Shown here: positions 10,765-20,373 of the stretch, piece after piece
Layout: each line of letters begins with the position of its first letter
How positions within the stretch are numbered: position 1 is the first letter of the stretch
From: Theionarchaea archaeon
Lineage (GTDB): Archaea > Methanobacteriota_B > Thermococci > Methanofastidiosales > SZ-28-30
Assembly: GCA_018992685.1 (NCBI GenBank)
Contig: JACVGT010000027.1
Span: 1 to 43,932, forward strand
Length of the DNA: 43,932 bases
Direction: 5' to 3'
Notes under the pieces: generated by a model
What the model was told of the DNA's origin: nothing
The model's database searches: none
Seen by the model: only the letters and a program-made list of their open reading frames with translations
Position numbers and translations under genes: made by a program

Positions 10765-10929
10765 GAAGTCACCTCGACGTTATGATTCCAGGTTGGAACC
10801 CCGAGACAGGCACGCTCCAGACAACACATTCTCATCTCTCACTGGTCTTTTCACTCTCTTTTGGGAATCCGTGTCCTGACCTGAACACGAGTACCTTCTC
10901 TGTTCAGGACTGGGTTTCTCCTAGGTAAC

Positions 10930-11088
10930 CTAGCATATCAAGGTTCTGCAATAAAATGCACAGCAACAGCCACCACAGCCACAGACACCGTAGGGTGTAA
11001 CAATTATTTCACATAAGGAAGGGGACTCATTCATGTCTACTATGAGTACGTTCGTCCAGAGCTTCTTGTTCACTCGTAGCGCTTTCAT
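10930..11088 (-). CDS. Cys-rich RiPP precursor peptide, 52 aa: MKALRVNKKLWTNVLIVDMNESPSLCEIIVTPYGVCGCGGCCCAFYCRTLIC
   Basis: Hand translation (below the ORF-track cutoff). RBS GGAGGTGA at 11093-11100. 8 Cys, all in the C-terminal half. First gene upstream of two SPASM enzymes on the same strand. Confidence 0.85.
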   Translation of the reverse strand: MKALRVNKKLWTNVLIVDMNESPSLCEIIVTPYGVCGCGGCCCAFYCRTLIC

Positions 11089-11121
11089 GGGCTCACCTCC
11101 ACTGTTTTCTCGATCTCTTTA

Positions 11122-11135
11122 GTTAAAAACTTTTG
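11122..11135 (-). promoter_or_regulatory. BRE/TATA promoter of the precursor-rSAM operon
   Basis: Minus strand CAAAAG-TTTTTAAC about 25-30 nt upstream of the precursor RBS. Confidence 0.5.
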
Positions 11136-11482
11136 GGTTCTCTCTTCAATTTCCTTGCGTGTCTTGAACCAATCGAGACTTTCCGGGTTGTCACGAGATT
11201 GATTCTGTGTCTTTCCCTGCGCGCGGATTCGTTCTGCGTGTGATCTCACCGGATCGGGCAGAGGGTCAACAAAAGCAACATTTATAAACTTCTAATGCAT
11301 GCGGTATTGTTGTGGACGCAGTCTCAAGACTCAGTCAAAAAACGCCTGATATTCGGGCATTTTGTCTTATAGTCAATCTCAGTGCCTTGATTGTCGCCCT
11401 TTGAGGATGCAGGGAGGCGCCTTTTTGTCTGGGAAGCAGAAACAGGATTCCTTGCTTCATTGGGAATAATGGAGAGAGATTC

Positions 11483-12610
11483 ATGGTAAGAATTGTTCAC
11501 ATAGCAGACGTGCACCTGGGATATTGCTGTAAGAATGTTGGTGATAAATCCGCCAGCAGAGAACAGGATTTCTTGAATGCTTTTCAGCGTGTTGTGGACT
11601 ATTGTTGTGACCCAGGGCATCATGTGGATGCCCTCATCATAGCAGGTGACCTCTTTGACATGGCTGATCCCCCTTCAGACCTGGTGGGATTCGTCCAGAA
11701 AAATCTCTCCTCCATGAGGCAGAATGGAATTCTGGTAGTGGGCGTTCCGGGTACGCATGATGCATATGGATATAAATCGTGTATTTATCGAAAAAACCAG
11801 CTTGAGGGAATGCACATTCTCGTTTCTTTAAAGGAACCGTTCATCAGAGAATTATCAGGAGAAAAAGTGTTCTTCTACGGGGCAGCATACATACCCGGTG
11901 TGAGCGAGAACCATTTCAAGTCCTTTTCGCCTTTTCAGGAAGAAGGAATCCACATTGGGATCATACATGGGTCAGTGGGGCTTCCTCACCACTGGGAAGG
12001 GAGGGGTCAGGACCTCCACATTGACGAGCATGAGATTGCCCGTTCTAACCTTGATTATGTGGCTCTCGGACATTTCCACAATTTGAAACAGATGACGTGT
12101 GGCAATACCCTGGCAGTTTACCCGGGAAGTCTTGAGGGCAAAGACTTTTCTGAAAGTGGCCAGCGATTCATGGTAGTGGTGGATTTCAGGGGAAAGAGTC
12201 CTCATATTACTCCAGTTCCAGTCAATACCCGTACAATCAAGACGATTGACATCAACCTCAGTAACCAGCCGCTGGAATCCATGAATGACCTTGTCACCTA
12301 CATTTCACGAACGTACAGCGATCCCGCCTCCATCATCAGCCTCAATCTACAGGGGGCCTGTCAATTCCCACTGGACCTGGAATACCTGCGCCACGCCCTT
12401 GGTGATCAGTTCTTCTATCTTCAGCTGAAAGATTCCACCACAGTGGTGGACAGTGATATCGTATCCTCCTGGAAGGAAGAGCGCACCATCAGAGGCATGT
12501 ATGTTACGACTCTCCTCCACAAGATCGCCAGGGCTGAAGGTGAAGAGAAGTTAATTCTTGAAGAAGCCCTCAAGATCGGGATCACCAGCTTCATGGAGGC
12601 ATCCCCATGA
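11483..12610 (+). CDS. Mre11/SbcD-family DNA repair exonuclease (YhaO-like metallophosphoesterase)
   Basis: Motifs HIADVHLG, AGDLFD, PGTHD, IHG, ALGHFH, YPGSLEG; coupled by ATGA overlap to the ATPase. Confidence 0.88.
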   Translation: MVRIVHIADVHLGYCCKNVGDKSASREQDFLNAFQRVVDYCCDPGHHVDALIIAGDLFDMADPPSDLVGFVQKNLSSMRQNGILVVGVPGTHDAYGYKSCIYRKNQLEGMHILVSLKEPFIRELSGEKVFFYGAAYIPGVSENHFKSFSPFQEEGIHIGIIHGSVGLPHHWEGRGQDLHIDEHEIARSNLDYVALGHFHNLKQMTCGNTLAVYPGSLEGKDFSESGQRFMVVVDFRGKSPHITPVPVNTRTIKTIDINLSNQPLESMNDLVTYISRTYSDPASIISLNLQGACQFPLDLEYLRHALGDQFFYLQLKDSTTVVDSDIVSSWKEERTIRGMYVTTLLHKIARAEGEEKLILEEALKIGITSFMEASP

Positions 12611-14463
12611 AAATACACCGCCTCGCCATCAATGGGTTTGGAAGATTTCACACGCCTGCCCAGTTTGATTTCAACCCAGAAGGAGTCACAGTCATCGTCG
12701 GCGATAATGAACGAGGAAAGACAACGATCAAAGATGCTATTTGTGCTACTCTCTTTGGATTCCAGACCACGGATGAGAAGAAAAGGTACAGACCATGGGA
12801 TCTTCCCTCTGAATATTCAGCTGCGGTAACATTCTCCTCGAAAGGAGGGGTATACTGCATCGAACGGGATTTTGAAACTGATAGAGTTACTGTGTGGGAT
12901 GTATCAGAACACAGCCCCACACTGCTCTTTGAAGGAACGGCAAATCCCCGGGGGAGCAGCCCTGACCGGGAGGCATATTATGATTTTGTCAGAGAGCACA
13001 TGGGATTTATCAGTTCAGATATTTTCAGACTGACAACCCTTGTGGAGCAGATGCGGACCCGGACAGAAATCTCTCACAAGATACGGCAGTTGATTTCTGG
13101 AACTGAGAAAGCAGATTACATAAAAATCGCTCAATCTCTCGAATCAGAACTTGAAACAATAACCAAGGATATCCCCTGGAGGAAGAAAAAAAGGAAAAAC
13201 GGGCAGATGGAAGACGTTGCAGCAGATATCAGGAACTTTGAGCACCTCATCGAGAAAGCTCAAGACAGTATGGCTGAACTTTTCCTGACAGAGAAGAAAA
13301 TCCAAACTCTCAAAGACGATATGTCAGAATTGGAAAAGGAGCTACATGCAGGGAAGACAACATTAAAAGCCCTGGGGGAGTACGTCATGTTGTCCCAGGA
13401 AATCTCCCGAATTCAAATAAGTCTTCGATTGCTGGATGGTCAATCACATACAATCCAGGATTTCAAAAAGAAAATCGATGATTTAGAGTCGAGAAAAGCT
13501 CTCTTGGGAACCCTGGCTCCTGTTGCAATCGCAATAGTGGGGGTCAGTGTCGCCGTATTGCTGCAGCTGACACTGCAGAACCCAGTACTGAGTCTCACTG
13601 CTTTACTGTCTGGCATGGGACTTTCTGCAGCAACATACTATTTTTTGACCAGGGCCAGCTCACAGGAAGACGTCAGCATTCAAATCGGTGAAGAGCACCA
13701 TAATGCTGCGGCAGAAAAAGGGGCCCAGCTGCAGAACGATCTCTTCAATCTGACCCTGCATAAGAAATCCATTTGTGAGCAATACCCTGTGTTTGCTCAG
13801 TCAACCATGGACGCACTTCTGACCCTGCAGCAAGATGTGAACCAGCAACAGGAAATCCTGGAAACAACCATCTCTTCAAAGGGAAAGAACCTCTACCAGC
13901 TGCAGGTGTCCCAGGCCCAGCGCGAACAGGACGTCACTGATTTTCATTCCTGGGAAGAGGAGAAGGAACTGCTGAAGGAGACATATGATCATCTCAGCCG
14001 GAGGAGGAAAGCGCTCCTCGTGGCCATCTCCACCCTTCAGGACTGCATTGCAGACTATCAGGGGAAATATGTTGAAGAGTTGAAGAACCTGATATCGGGA
14101 GCTTTTGGAAAGATCACCGATGGAAAGTACACGTCAGTCTCCCTGGAGAAGGACACGCTTGAGCCCCTGGTCTCCACAGATACGAAATCCAACATTCACA
14201 AGGAGAGCCTGAGCATGGGGGCTGTAGAGCAACTGTATTTTGCCATGCGCCTCTCCATGGCATATCTCCTTTCCCAGAATGTGAGTCTTCCTTTTTTGCT
14301 GGATGACTCCTTTGTCAGTTATGACAGTAAGCGGCTGAGCAACATCGCCTATATTCTCTCCCGACTCAAGAGAACCAATCAGATCATTCTTTTTGCCCAC
14401 GATCCCTTCTATTCAGCATGGGGAGATGAAGTCATAGACCTGAACAGCAGAAATCTGGATTGA
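12607..14463 (+). CDS. Rad50/SbcC-like SMC-family ATPase (YhaN-like) with central hydrophobic hairpin
   Basis: INGFGRF, Walker A GDNERGKTT, coiled coils, signature LSMG, Walker B FLLDDSF, H-loop FAH; two TM-like helices mid-protein. Confidence 0.85.
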   Translation: MKIHRLAINGFGRFHTPAQFDFNPEGVTVIVGDNERGKTTIKDAICATLFGFQTTDEKKRYRPWDLPSEYSAAVTFSSKGGVYCIERDFETDRVTVWDVSEHSPTLLFEGTANPRGSSPDREAYYDFVREHMGFISSDIFRLTTLVEQMRTRTEISHKIRQLISGTEKADYIKIAQSLESELETITKDIPWRKKKRKNGQMEDVAADIRNFEHLIEKAQDSMAELFLTEKKIQTLKDDMSELEKELHAGKTTLKALGEYVMLSQEISRIQISLRLLDGQSHTIQDFKKKIDDLESRKALLGTLAPVAIAIVGVSVAVLLQLTLQNPVLSLTALLSGMGLSAATYYFLTRASSQEDVSIQIGEEHHNAAAEKGAQLQNDLFNLTLHKKSICEQYPVFAQSTMDALLTLQQDVNQQQEILETTISSKGKNLYQLQVSQAQREQDVTDFHSWEEEKELLKETYDHLSRRRKALLVAISTLQDCIADYQGKYVEELKNLISGAFGKITDGKYTSVSLEKDTLEPLVSTDTKSNIHKESLSMGAVEQLYFAMRLSMAYLLSQNVSLPFLLDDSFVSYDSKRLSNIAYILSRLKRTNQIILFAHDPFYSAWGDEVIDLNSRNLD

Positions 14464-14736
14464 GAGACCCTTTCACATCTCTACATGCTTTCTTCTCTCA
14501 CAGTTTCTTTTCATGATACTTTCACATTAAATCGTGGTTGGGATTCAATTACATACCTGCGATTTGCTGAGCCAATTACTCTTTACAACTTACGAATCCA
14601 GTAACTGACTGTCCAACCTCTGCGATTTCTACTTTTGCTACCATATTTAATCCTTTTAATAGATTTAAAGGAAATAATCTACACGAATAATGAAGTTTAT
14701 ATTTAAAGATGCCCAAAAGCTTGTGAGGTGATCAAC

Positions 14737-14826
14737 ATGATTTCAGGAGAATGGCTTTTTGAAACCTTTGATGGCACATTGACCGCAAATGGCGGTCCTG
14801 GTGCAGGATCAGGAAACCCAACTTAA
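14737..14826 (+). CDS. Small Gly-rich peptide, 29 aa: MISGEWLFETFDGTLTANGGPGAGSGNPT
   Basis: Hand translation. RBS GAGGTGAT just upstream and TATA TTTATATTTAAA at ~14696-14707. Stop codon overlaps the stop of the convergent regulator (TTAA 14823-14826). Confidence 0.65.
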   Translation: MISGEWLFETFDGTLTANGGPGAGSGNPT

Positions 14827-15749
14827 TCCCAATAGAGAGGAATAAGGAGAAAGTAATCATCAATATATCCTTTTTCCTCTAATTTTTTTATGGCAAACAT
14901 CATATCAACTGCGCCTTCATGAAAGATGTCAAGTACGATCTCCTCCTGCAGAAGGAAGACGTAGGTGGTACAGGGAAGCTTGCTGAGGACTCTCACAAAA
15001 TCCTTTTCATACTTAGACTTGAGCACAATCAGTGACTGCTGGTAGTGGCTGTAACCCCTGGGGAAGAAATAGTGAGCTATTTCACAGCATGGCAGAATCC
15101 CCTCGTTGAAATACTTCCTGACAGTGTTGGGGGACACGTGACATGCTCGTGCCACCTGTGAAAAAGGCTTCTGGACGTTGGTTTTCATGCAATCGAAGAT
15201 GCGGAATTCGGAATCCCCCCAGAACAGAAACTCCTCCATCTCTCTCAGGAACTTCCCTGCAGACAGTTCAGAATCTGCAAGTCTCCTAAAGGATTCTTTC
15301 ATTTCAAGGTTCCACCCGACTGGATGTGTATAGACGGGATTATATAAAATGGATTTTTTCTTTATAGTAAGTCCCGGCTGAAAGGTCAGATCAGACTTAG
15401 AGGTTACGAGAAAGTCATATCTCCCAGAAAGAAGCAGCATATACGAGAGAACATGATCATCAATGAGGGATTTAAGGGAAGAGAACATTGTGGTGAGGTT
15501 CTTGGGATCATCTACTTTCAGGAAGTATGCTCTCGTGTAGCAATTCTCAAAATTTCTCAGAATCAGGTTGGGATGTAGAGAGATTCCACGCTGATACAAG
15601 TTCCTGACATAATTGGAGGCAGTAGTGTACGAATGTCCCCGGCCGCTGAGTCCCAATGTTCTGGCGATGGTTTTGAGGTTATATCTCGGTATGTCTCGAA
15701 TATGATTGTAGATGACGTAGTACGTTTGCAGGTTTTCAAGTTTTCCCAT
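14823..15749 (-). CDS. Tandem winged-HTH transcriptional regulator (duplicated Lrp/AsnC-like architecture)
   Basis: Two HTH-like segments (NLKTIARTLGLS..TASNYVRNLYQRGI; QKPFSQVARACHVSPNTVRKYF), each followed by a beta-alpha-beta RAM-like region. Confidence 0.65.
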   Translation of the reverse strand: MGKLENLQTYYVIYNHIRDIPRYNLKTIARTLGLSGRGHSYTTASNYVRNLYQRGISLHPNLILRNFENCYTRAYFLKVDDPKNLTTMFSSLKSLIDDHVLSYMLLLSGRYDFLVTSKSDLTFQPGLTIKKKSILYNPVYTHPVGWNLEMKESFRRLADSELSAGKFLREMEEFLFWGDSEFRIFDCMKTNVQKPFSQVARACHVSPNTVRKYFNEGILPCCEIAHYFFPRGYSHYQQSLIVLKSKYEKDFVRVLSKLPCTTYVFLLQEEIVLDIFHEGAVDMMFAIKKLEEKGYIDDYFLLIPLYWD

Positions 15750-16088
15750 GATGAAAATTGATAAACGTGCATATAGCCTTTTGGGTAGAGTGATATGAAC
15801 CCGTCAGGAAATTCGCTGCCACGTACACAGACAGTGTGGTACATGCCACGGTCAAGAGAAAAGATGCTAGATATGAATAGGACAGGGAAGGGTGGATGGA
15901 GGTCAGTCTGGGGGGAGGTCCGGCTCGGGAGGTGGGGACAGGCTACCCCGGCGGGCATGGGATGAATGGGGGAACGGGGAAATTGAAGGTTGCTACAAGA
16001 GTTTATTTTCATCTTTCACCTCCCTCAGCAACCTGTAAACCTCACAGTTCCCTTCGTTCAGGAAGGTGAAAGCCAAGGGGAAGCAGGG

Positions 16089-17522
16089 TCAAAGTCTCCC
16101 CAGCTTCCCAAGCGTGCGGATGGAGTCTTTGACCTTTTCTCTTTCGTCTCTCTTGTAGGAGGAATGCACATACCGGGGAGTCCTTTCCCTGATGGTGGAA
16201 CCTTCTTCAAACGCCTCCTCAAGAATTCTCCCGGTGAGAATATCTGGTATGGGGACTCCCAATCCGTGAAGGATGGTAGGGGCTACATCATAAATAGAAC
16301 AGGCAATCTGATGTCCCTTTCTCACATCCTTTCCCTGAATGAGGAATATCCCCTTCATATCATGGTACCATCGAGGCTGAAGATCGACCAGGGCTCTCCC
16401 AGGCCTGGCTGCGATCTGATAGCATGATTCCACAAGGGCTGCAGGTCCATCCTGACACGTCACGTCATGAACTTTCTCAACGTATTGGGACTGCTCCAGG
16501 GCACGAACAACAGCTTCTTTCTCACCGTTATCTGTGATATAAAGTGGGCAGAATCGGGTTGGAATTGCAGAATAGGCAAATGCTATACTTTTTTTTCTGT
16601 GAATAGTCTCGATTGAGGTGAAATCCTGGCGTTCAGTCCCCAATCTCTTTGCTTCACCCACCATTCTCTTGCCTAGGGTAGTGACTGTTTTATGTCCGAA
16701 ATCTCTCAACTTCTCTCTCACACCAGCCTTGAAGAATCCCATTTCTTCCAGGTACATGTTGATATGAAAGAGCTTCTCTTCCTTTCGAATACCATGATCG
16801 CTCACGAGAACCAGGTAGTCACAGGGGATTTCTCGTATGCGTTTCAGCAGGCTGTCCATGAGCAGGTGGCATTCCTTCATTACACCATCATCCAGTGAGT
16901 GGTGGGACACATGGTCAGGGATTCCAAACCGGACAAAGACAACATCATACTCGTGGGCACGGCAAAAGGACACTGCAACGTCGAGAACCATTCTTTCTTC
17001 CTTTTCTATTATGCTGAGAGCAGTTTTTCCTCCTCTGAAGAGTTGGCGTTGATTTTCCTTTATGAGGGTGAGATCGTGCTCTTCAGTTAATATATGTTCC
17101 AGTTCTGATGGATATGTGCACTTCTCAAGAGGAGTGAGATCCAGCCCGATCAAGTGCCCTTCAATGGGGTATGGTGGGTATGTCCCGGGGATATTCAACA
17201 CGAGGCTTTTCATTTTCCTTTCCGACAGAATATCCCGCAGGAGTTTGCCTCTGTAGTCACTTGAGGTTACCAGTCTGGATCCAACAGTTTTCTTTCCCAT
17301 GATGATCTTGTTGAAGTCAAACACACAGAGTTGTTCAGGAGTCAGTCCTGAAAACATGGATATCCATGCGGGTATGGTCATGGGAGGCACTGTGCTTTCC
17401 ATGGATCCCCAGGTGCTCTCATGCACGAGCGCCTCAAAAGCAGGAAGAGACCCTTGGGCGATCAATGGACTGATAATATCCCAGGTAGCACCATCAAATC
17501 CTACCACTAGCATTTTGGCCAT
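16089..17522 (-). CDS. Alkaline-phosphatase-superfamily protein (type I phosphodiesterase/nucleotide pyrophosphatase)
   Basis: VVGFDGATW, STVPPMTIPAW, PDHVSH, VSDHG, YDVAPTIL motifs. Confidence 0.88.
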   Translation of the reverse strand: MAKMLVVGFDGATWDIISPLIAQGSLPAFEALVHESTWGSMESTVPPMTIPAWISMFSGLTPEQLCVFDFNKIIMGKKTVGSRLVTSSDYRGKLLRDILSERKMKSLVLNIPGTYPPYPIEGHLIGLDLTPLEKCTYPSELEHILTEEHDLTLIKENQRQLFRGGKTALSIIEKEERMVLDVAVSFCRAHEYDVVFVRFGIPDHVSHHSLDDGVMKECHLLMDSLLKRIREIPCDYLVLVSDHGIRKEEKLFHINMYLEEMGFFKAGVREKLRDFGHKTVTTLGKRMVGEAKRLGTERQDFTSIETIHRKKSIAFAYSAIPTRFCPLYITDNGEKEAVVRALEQSQYVEKVHDVTCQDGPAALVESCYQIAARPGRALVDLQPRWYHDMKGIFLIQGKDVRKGHQIACSIYDVAPTILHGLGVPIPDILTGRILEEAFEEGSTIRERTPRYVHSSYKRDEREKVKDSIRTLGKLGRL

Positions 17523-17697
17523 GCACCATTCTCACGAAGGGAGATTATATATCTTTTCAGCAGGAGTTGCAGGTAAGTTGGTAGAAAGAGAAAGGAGGGC
17601 ACAGAGAGCAGTGGTCAACGAGGAAAATCCTGATGAGAATCAGAGGGACTGCCTTTCCAGGACAAGAGGATCAAAGATGAAAAATAAAAGGGGTAGA

Positions 17698-18867
17698 TTA
17701 TGTGTCAACGCGCTGACCACATGAGCTGCAGAAAGAATCATCAGGCTTCAAGGGAGCTCCACATTTTGAGCAATAGCTCCGTGACGGTTGCCTCGGTGAG
17801 GGCTGAGGCCTTCTGGACACAAGAACCAATGCTAGTATTACCACCACAATCACCAGGCCCACAAGTGCCAGATACAGTGGATTTTCCAGGAAGGAGCCGT
17901 ATTGTCTGGATGTCGGTTCCTGGAATGCCTGCTCCTGAGGGTATCCTTCAGATTGTCCTTCTGGCGGGTAGTTCTCTGGTGGTCGTTCTTCAGGTGGAGG
18001 CTCTTCTGGCGGTGGCTCCTCGGGCGGCACCTCTTCAGGTGGAGGCTCTTCTGGCGGTGGCTCCTCAGGAGGTCCCTCCCTGACAAAGAGGAGTATCATG
18101 GCCTGTCGGACTATGCCTTGAGCCTCTCCGACTATTTCAATCTGATAATCCCCAGGAGGGGTTTCATGTGACGTGGTGATGGAAAGCTCACCTCCAGGAG
18201 TGGAATGCCACTGCATTCCGGGGCCAAGCCCGGTCACATGCAGACTGATGAGGGTTCCGCTGTAGACGGGGTTGCTGAATACTGCATTTATCTGAAAAAA
18301 TGCTGTGTCTCCTCTTTCTACTTCAGCTTCAGGGGGAGAAACTTCCAGCTGAAAGTCGAACCCCGGACCAGGCTGTCCAGATGATCCACCTCCCAGAACG
18401 TCGAAGGTTGTGCTGGCATAGATTGTTCCCCCCTTTGAGAGGTTGACCGAGGCAGAGACTGTGTACGTCCCTGGATCATTGAACCCAGGAGCAGTAACAT
18501 TGTACAGGAGTCCTCCCGATATGGATATCGGCCCACTCTGCCAGAAAATGGCCAAGAGAGGGGGCTTTGTGATGTCGAGCTGTATTGTACCATCTTCTCC
18601 AGGATCTGTATAGAATTCAATGTACACTGGTTGGTTCGGGGAAAGCGGCGATTGAGGAACACTGACATGGACACCTGGGCTTGCTGTAACCAAACACATT
18701 GGAGTTCCCAAGGAGACGAGAAGTCCCAGGAGAGTTGCAGCGACAATCATGTTATGAGAAGAGATGTTATGGGCTGAAAAGGGATTGCAGTGACTTTTCT
18801 TCTGTGTTGGAAGAGAAAAATGTTGCTTACGAATTGCTCTGCACTCATTTGCGTTATGTTTTGACAT
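17698..18867 (-). CDS. Membrane-anchored surface protein: Ig-like domains, Glu/Pro linker, TM helix, C-terminal zinc ribbon (true start probably ~18750, MIVAATLLG)
   Basis: Signal-like hydrophobic stretch, beta-rich ectodomain, EEPPP repeats, TM LYLALVGLVIVVVILALVLV followed by RR, then CSKCG..FCSSCG. Confidence 0.8.
   Translation of the reverse strand: MSKHNANECRAIRKQHFSLPTQKKSHCNPFSAHNISSHNMIVAATLLGLLVSLGTPMCLVTASPGVHVSVPQSPLSPNQPVYIEFYTDPGEDGTIQLDITKPPLLAIFWQSGPISISGGLLYNVTAPGFNDPGTYTVSASVNLSKGGTIYASTTFDVLGGGSSGQPGPGFDFQLEVSPPEAEVERGDTAFFQINAVFSNPVYSGTLISLHVTGLGPGMQWHSTPGGELSITTSHETPPGDYQIEIVGEAQGIVRQAMILLFVREGPPEEPPPEEPPPEEVPPEEPPPEEPPPEERPPENYPPEGQSEGYPQEQAFQEPTSRQYGSFLENPLYLALVGLVIVVVILALVLVSRRPQPSPRQPSRSYCSKCGAPLKPDDSFCSSCGQRVDT
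17987..18066. repeat. Coding direct repeat (35-bp unit twice, 45-bp period) within a 15-bp EEPPP array
   Basis: TCTTCAGGTGGAGGCTCTTCTGGCGGTGGCTCCTC at 17987 and 18032. Confidence 0.85.
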
Positions 18868-19090
18868 AGCGGAAGATGATGAATTCTATCCTTATAAACG
18901 TTATTTCCTGATATTAGTCCCTGCCCTTTAGACTGGTATCCACTCGTTCTTGTTGAATGACCATTTACTTTTTTGCAAATATCGAATTAGCGGAATTGTT
19001 CTCATGAAAACGACAATGTCACCTCACTCCAGACTATATTCAGACAACTCTGCAGAAGGTAGTAGCAGTACTCTTTTCTTTCCAGTACTT

Positions 19091-20293
19091 CTATCCCGGA
19101 GGTTCATGCAGATCCTTTTTTTCTTCTACCAGGAGCATCAGAGCTATTATCCCCAGAAAAGCGACTGCTCCGCAGATGTAGAAAGGTGTCTGCACAGAGA
19201 CTGCATCAAACGTAACCCCTCCCAGGAGAGGTCCCACCACGAGTCCAAGGTTCCTGCTCGTAGAGAAGATGCCCATCACCTTACCTCGTTTTTCAGTGGT
19301 GGTGAGGCTGGTAACCAGAGCATTCATGGAAGGCATAGTCATGCCCATTCCTAGAGATCGCGCTACAGAAAACCCCAAAATATCCAGGAAATTCCTCGAA
19401 GCAGATATAGCTACAGTAAACACTCCATTGAGGGCCAGCCCCATTGTGATTACTCTTTTTCTACCTATATTGTCTGCCAGAGCGCCAGAAGGGGGCTTGA
19501 TAATGAATCGGGCGACGCCCATTGCACCAAATATGAGTCCCACAGAAGCCTCATCCAGCCCCAGCGCCTCATTCCCAAACAGAGGGAGAATGGGCTGAAC
19601 CAGTCCCATGGCAAAGGATACCACAAACCCTGTGATGCAAACGCCAATCAAGGACAGTTGATTCAGTGAAAAGCCCTCCATGGAAGGTGATTTTGGCTCT
19701 TGTGTTGTAAGGTGTGTTTCCTTCACACGGTTCAGAATGAGGAGTGCACTGACCAGGGAGAGAACAGAACACACAAAAAATGGAACAGCTATGGAAAATG
19801 CGGCAGAAAGCAATCCTCCCAGCACCGGGCCAATGGCAATTCCTGAGTCCCACATCATGGAGAAAACACCCATAGCTTTGCCCCTGTCTTTTGAGGGAAC
19901 AATGTCAGCAACCATGGTGGCTGCAACAGGCCACACTATGCCTGATGCTGCTCCTTGACAGGCTCTCAACACCAGAAGATGCCACAGCTCTGTGGATAAC
20001 CCAAACAGAAACATGACCACCGTGTAAATGAACAGTCCTGCGACAATGAGTTTCTTTCTTCCCACCCTGTCGGCCAGGACTCCTCCCGGAAACGATGTTA
20101 TTGTACGAGTAATTCCAAATAAACTGGTCAATAATCCCAGATATACACCACTGGCTCCCATCTCCCTGCCATATATTGGAAGCAAGGGGATGATCAAGCC
20201 AAAGCCAATCATGCTCACCAGAACTGCAAAACAGAGTTCCAGAAAATTTCTGTACTTGAAAAGGAAGGCGAAGTCCCTGACGACCTGGAGCAT
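19091..20293 (-). CDS. MFS transporter (DHA1-like drug:H+ antiporter)
   Basis: ~12 TM helices; motif A GVLADRVGRK and GALADNIGRK; motif C GIAIGPVLGG. Confidence 0.9.
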   Translation of the reverse strand: MLQVVRDFAFLFKYRNFLELCFAVLVSMIGFGLIIPLLPIYGREMGASGVYLGLLTSLFGITRTITSFPGGVLADRVGRKKLIVAGLFIYTVVMFLFGLSTELWHLLVLRACQGAASGIVWPVAATMVADIVPSKDRGKAMGVFSMMWDSGIAIGPVLGGLLSAAFSIAVPFFVCSVLSLVSALLILNRVKETHLTTQEPKSPSMEGFSLNQLSLIGVCITGFVVSFAMGLVQPILPLFGNEALGLDEASVGLIFGAMGVARFIIKPPSGALADNIGRKRVITMGLALNGVFTVAISASRNFLDILGFSVARSLGMGMTMPSMNALVTSLTTTEKRGKVMGIFSTSRNLGLVVGPLLGGVTFDAVSVQTPFYICGAVAFLGIIALMLLVEEKKDLHEPPG

Positions 20294-20373
20294 AGTGTAC
20301 GCCCTCTCTCCAGTATATAAATACTTGCTTTCTATACCTTAGGTTGTCCATGTATCCTGTGAAATGACAAGGG

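Noticed and set aside
17960-18075. Short periodic repeats considered as a CRISPR array
   Set aside because: They are in-frame EEPPP codon repeats without unique spacers; no cas genes in the window.
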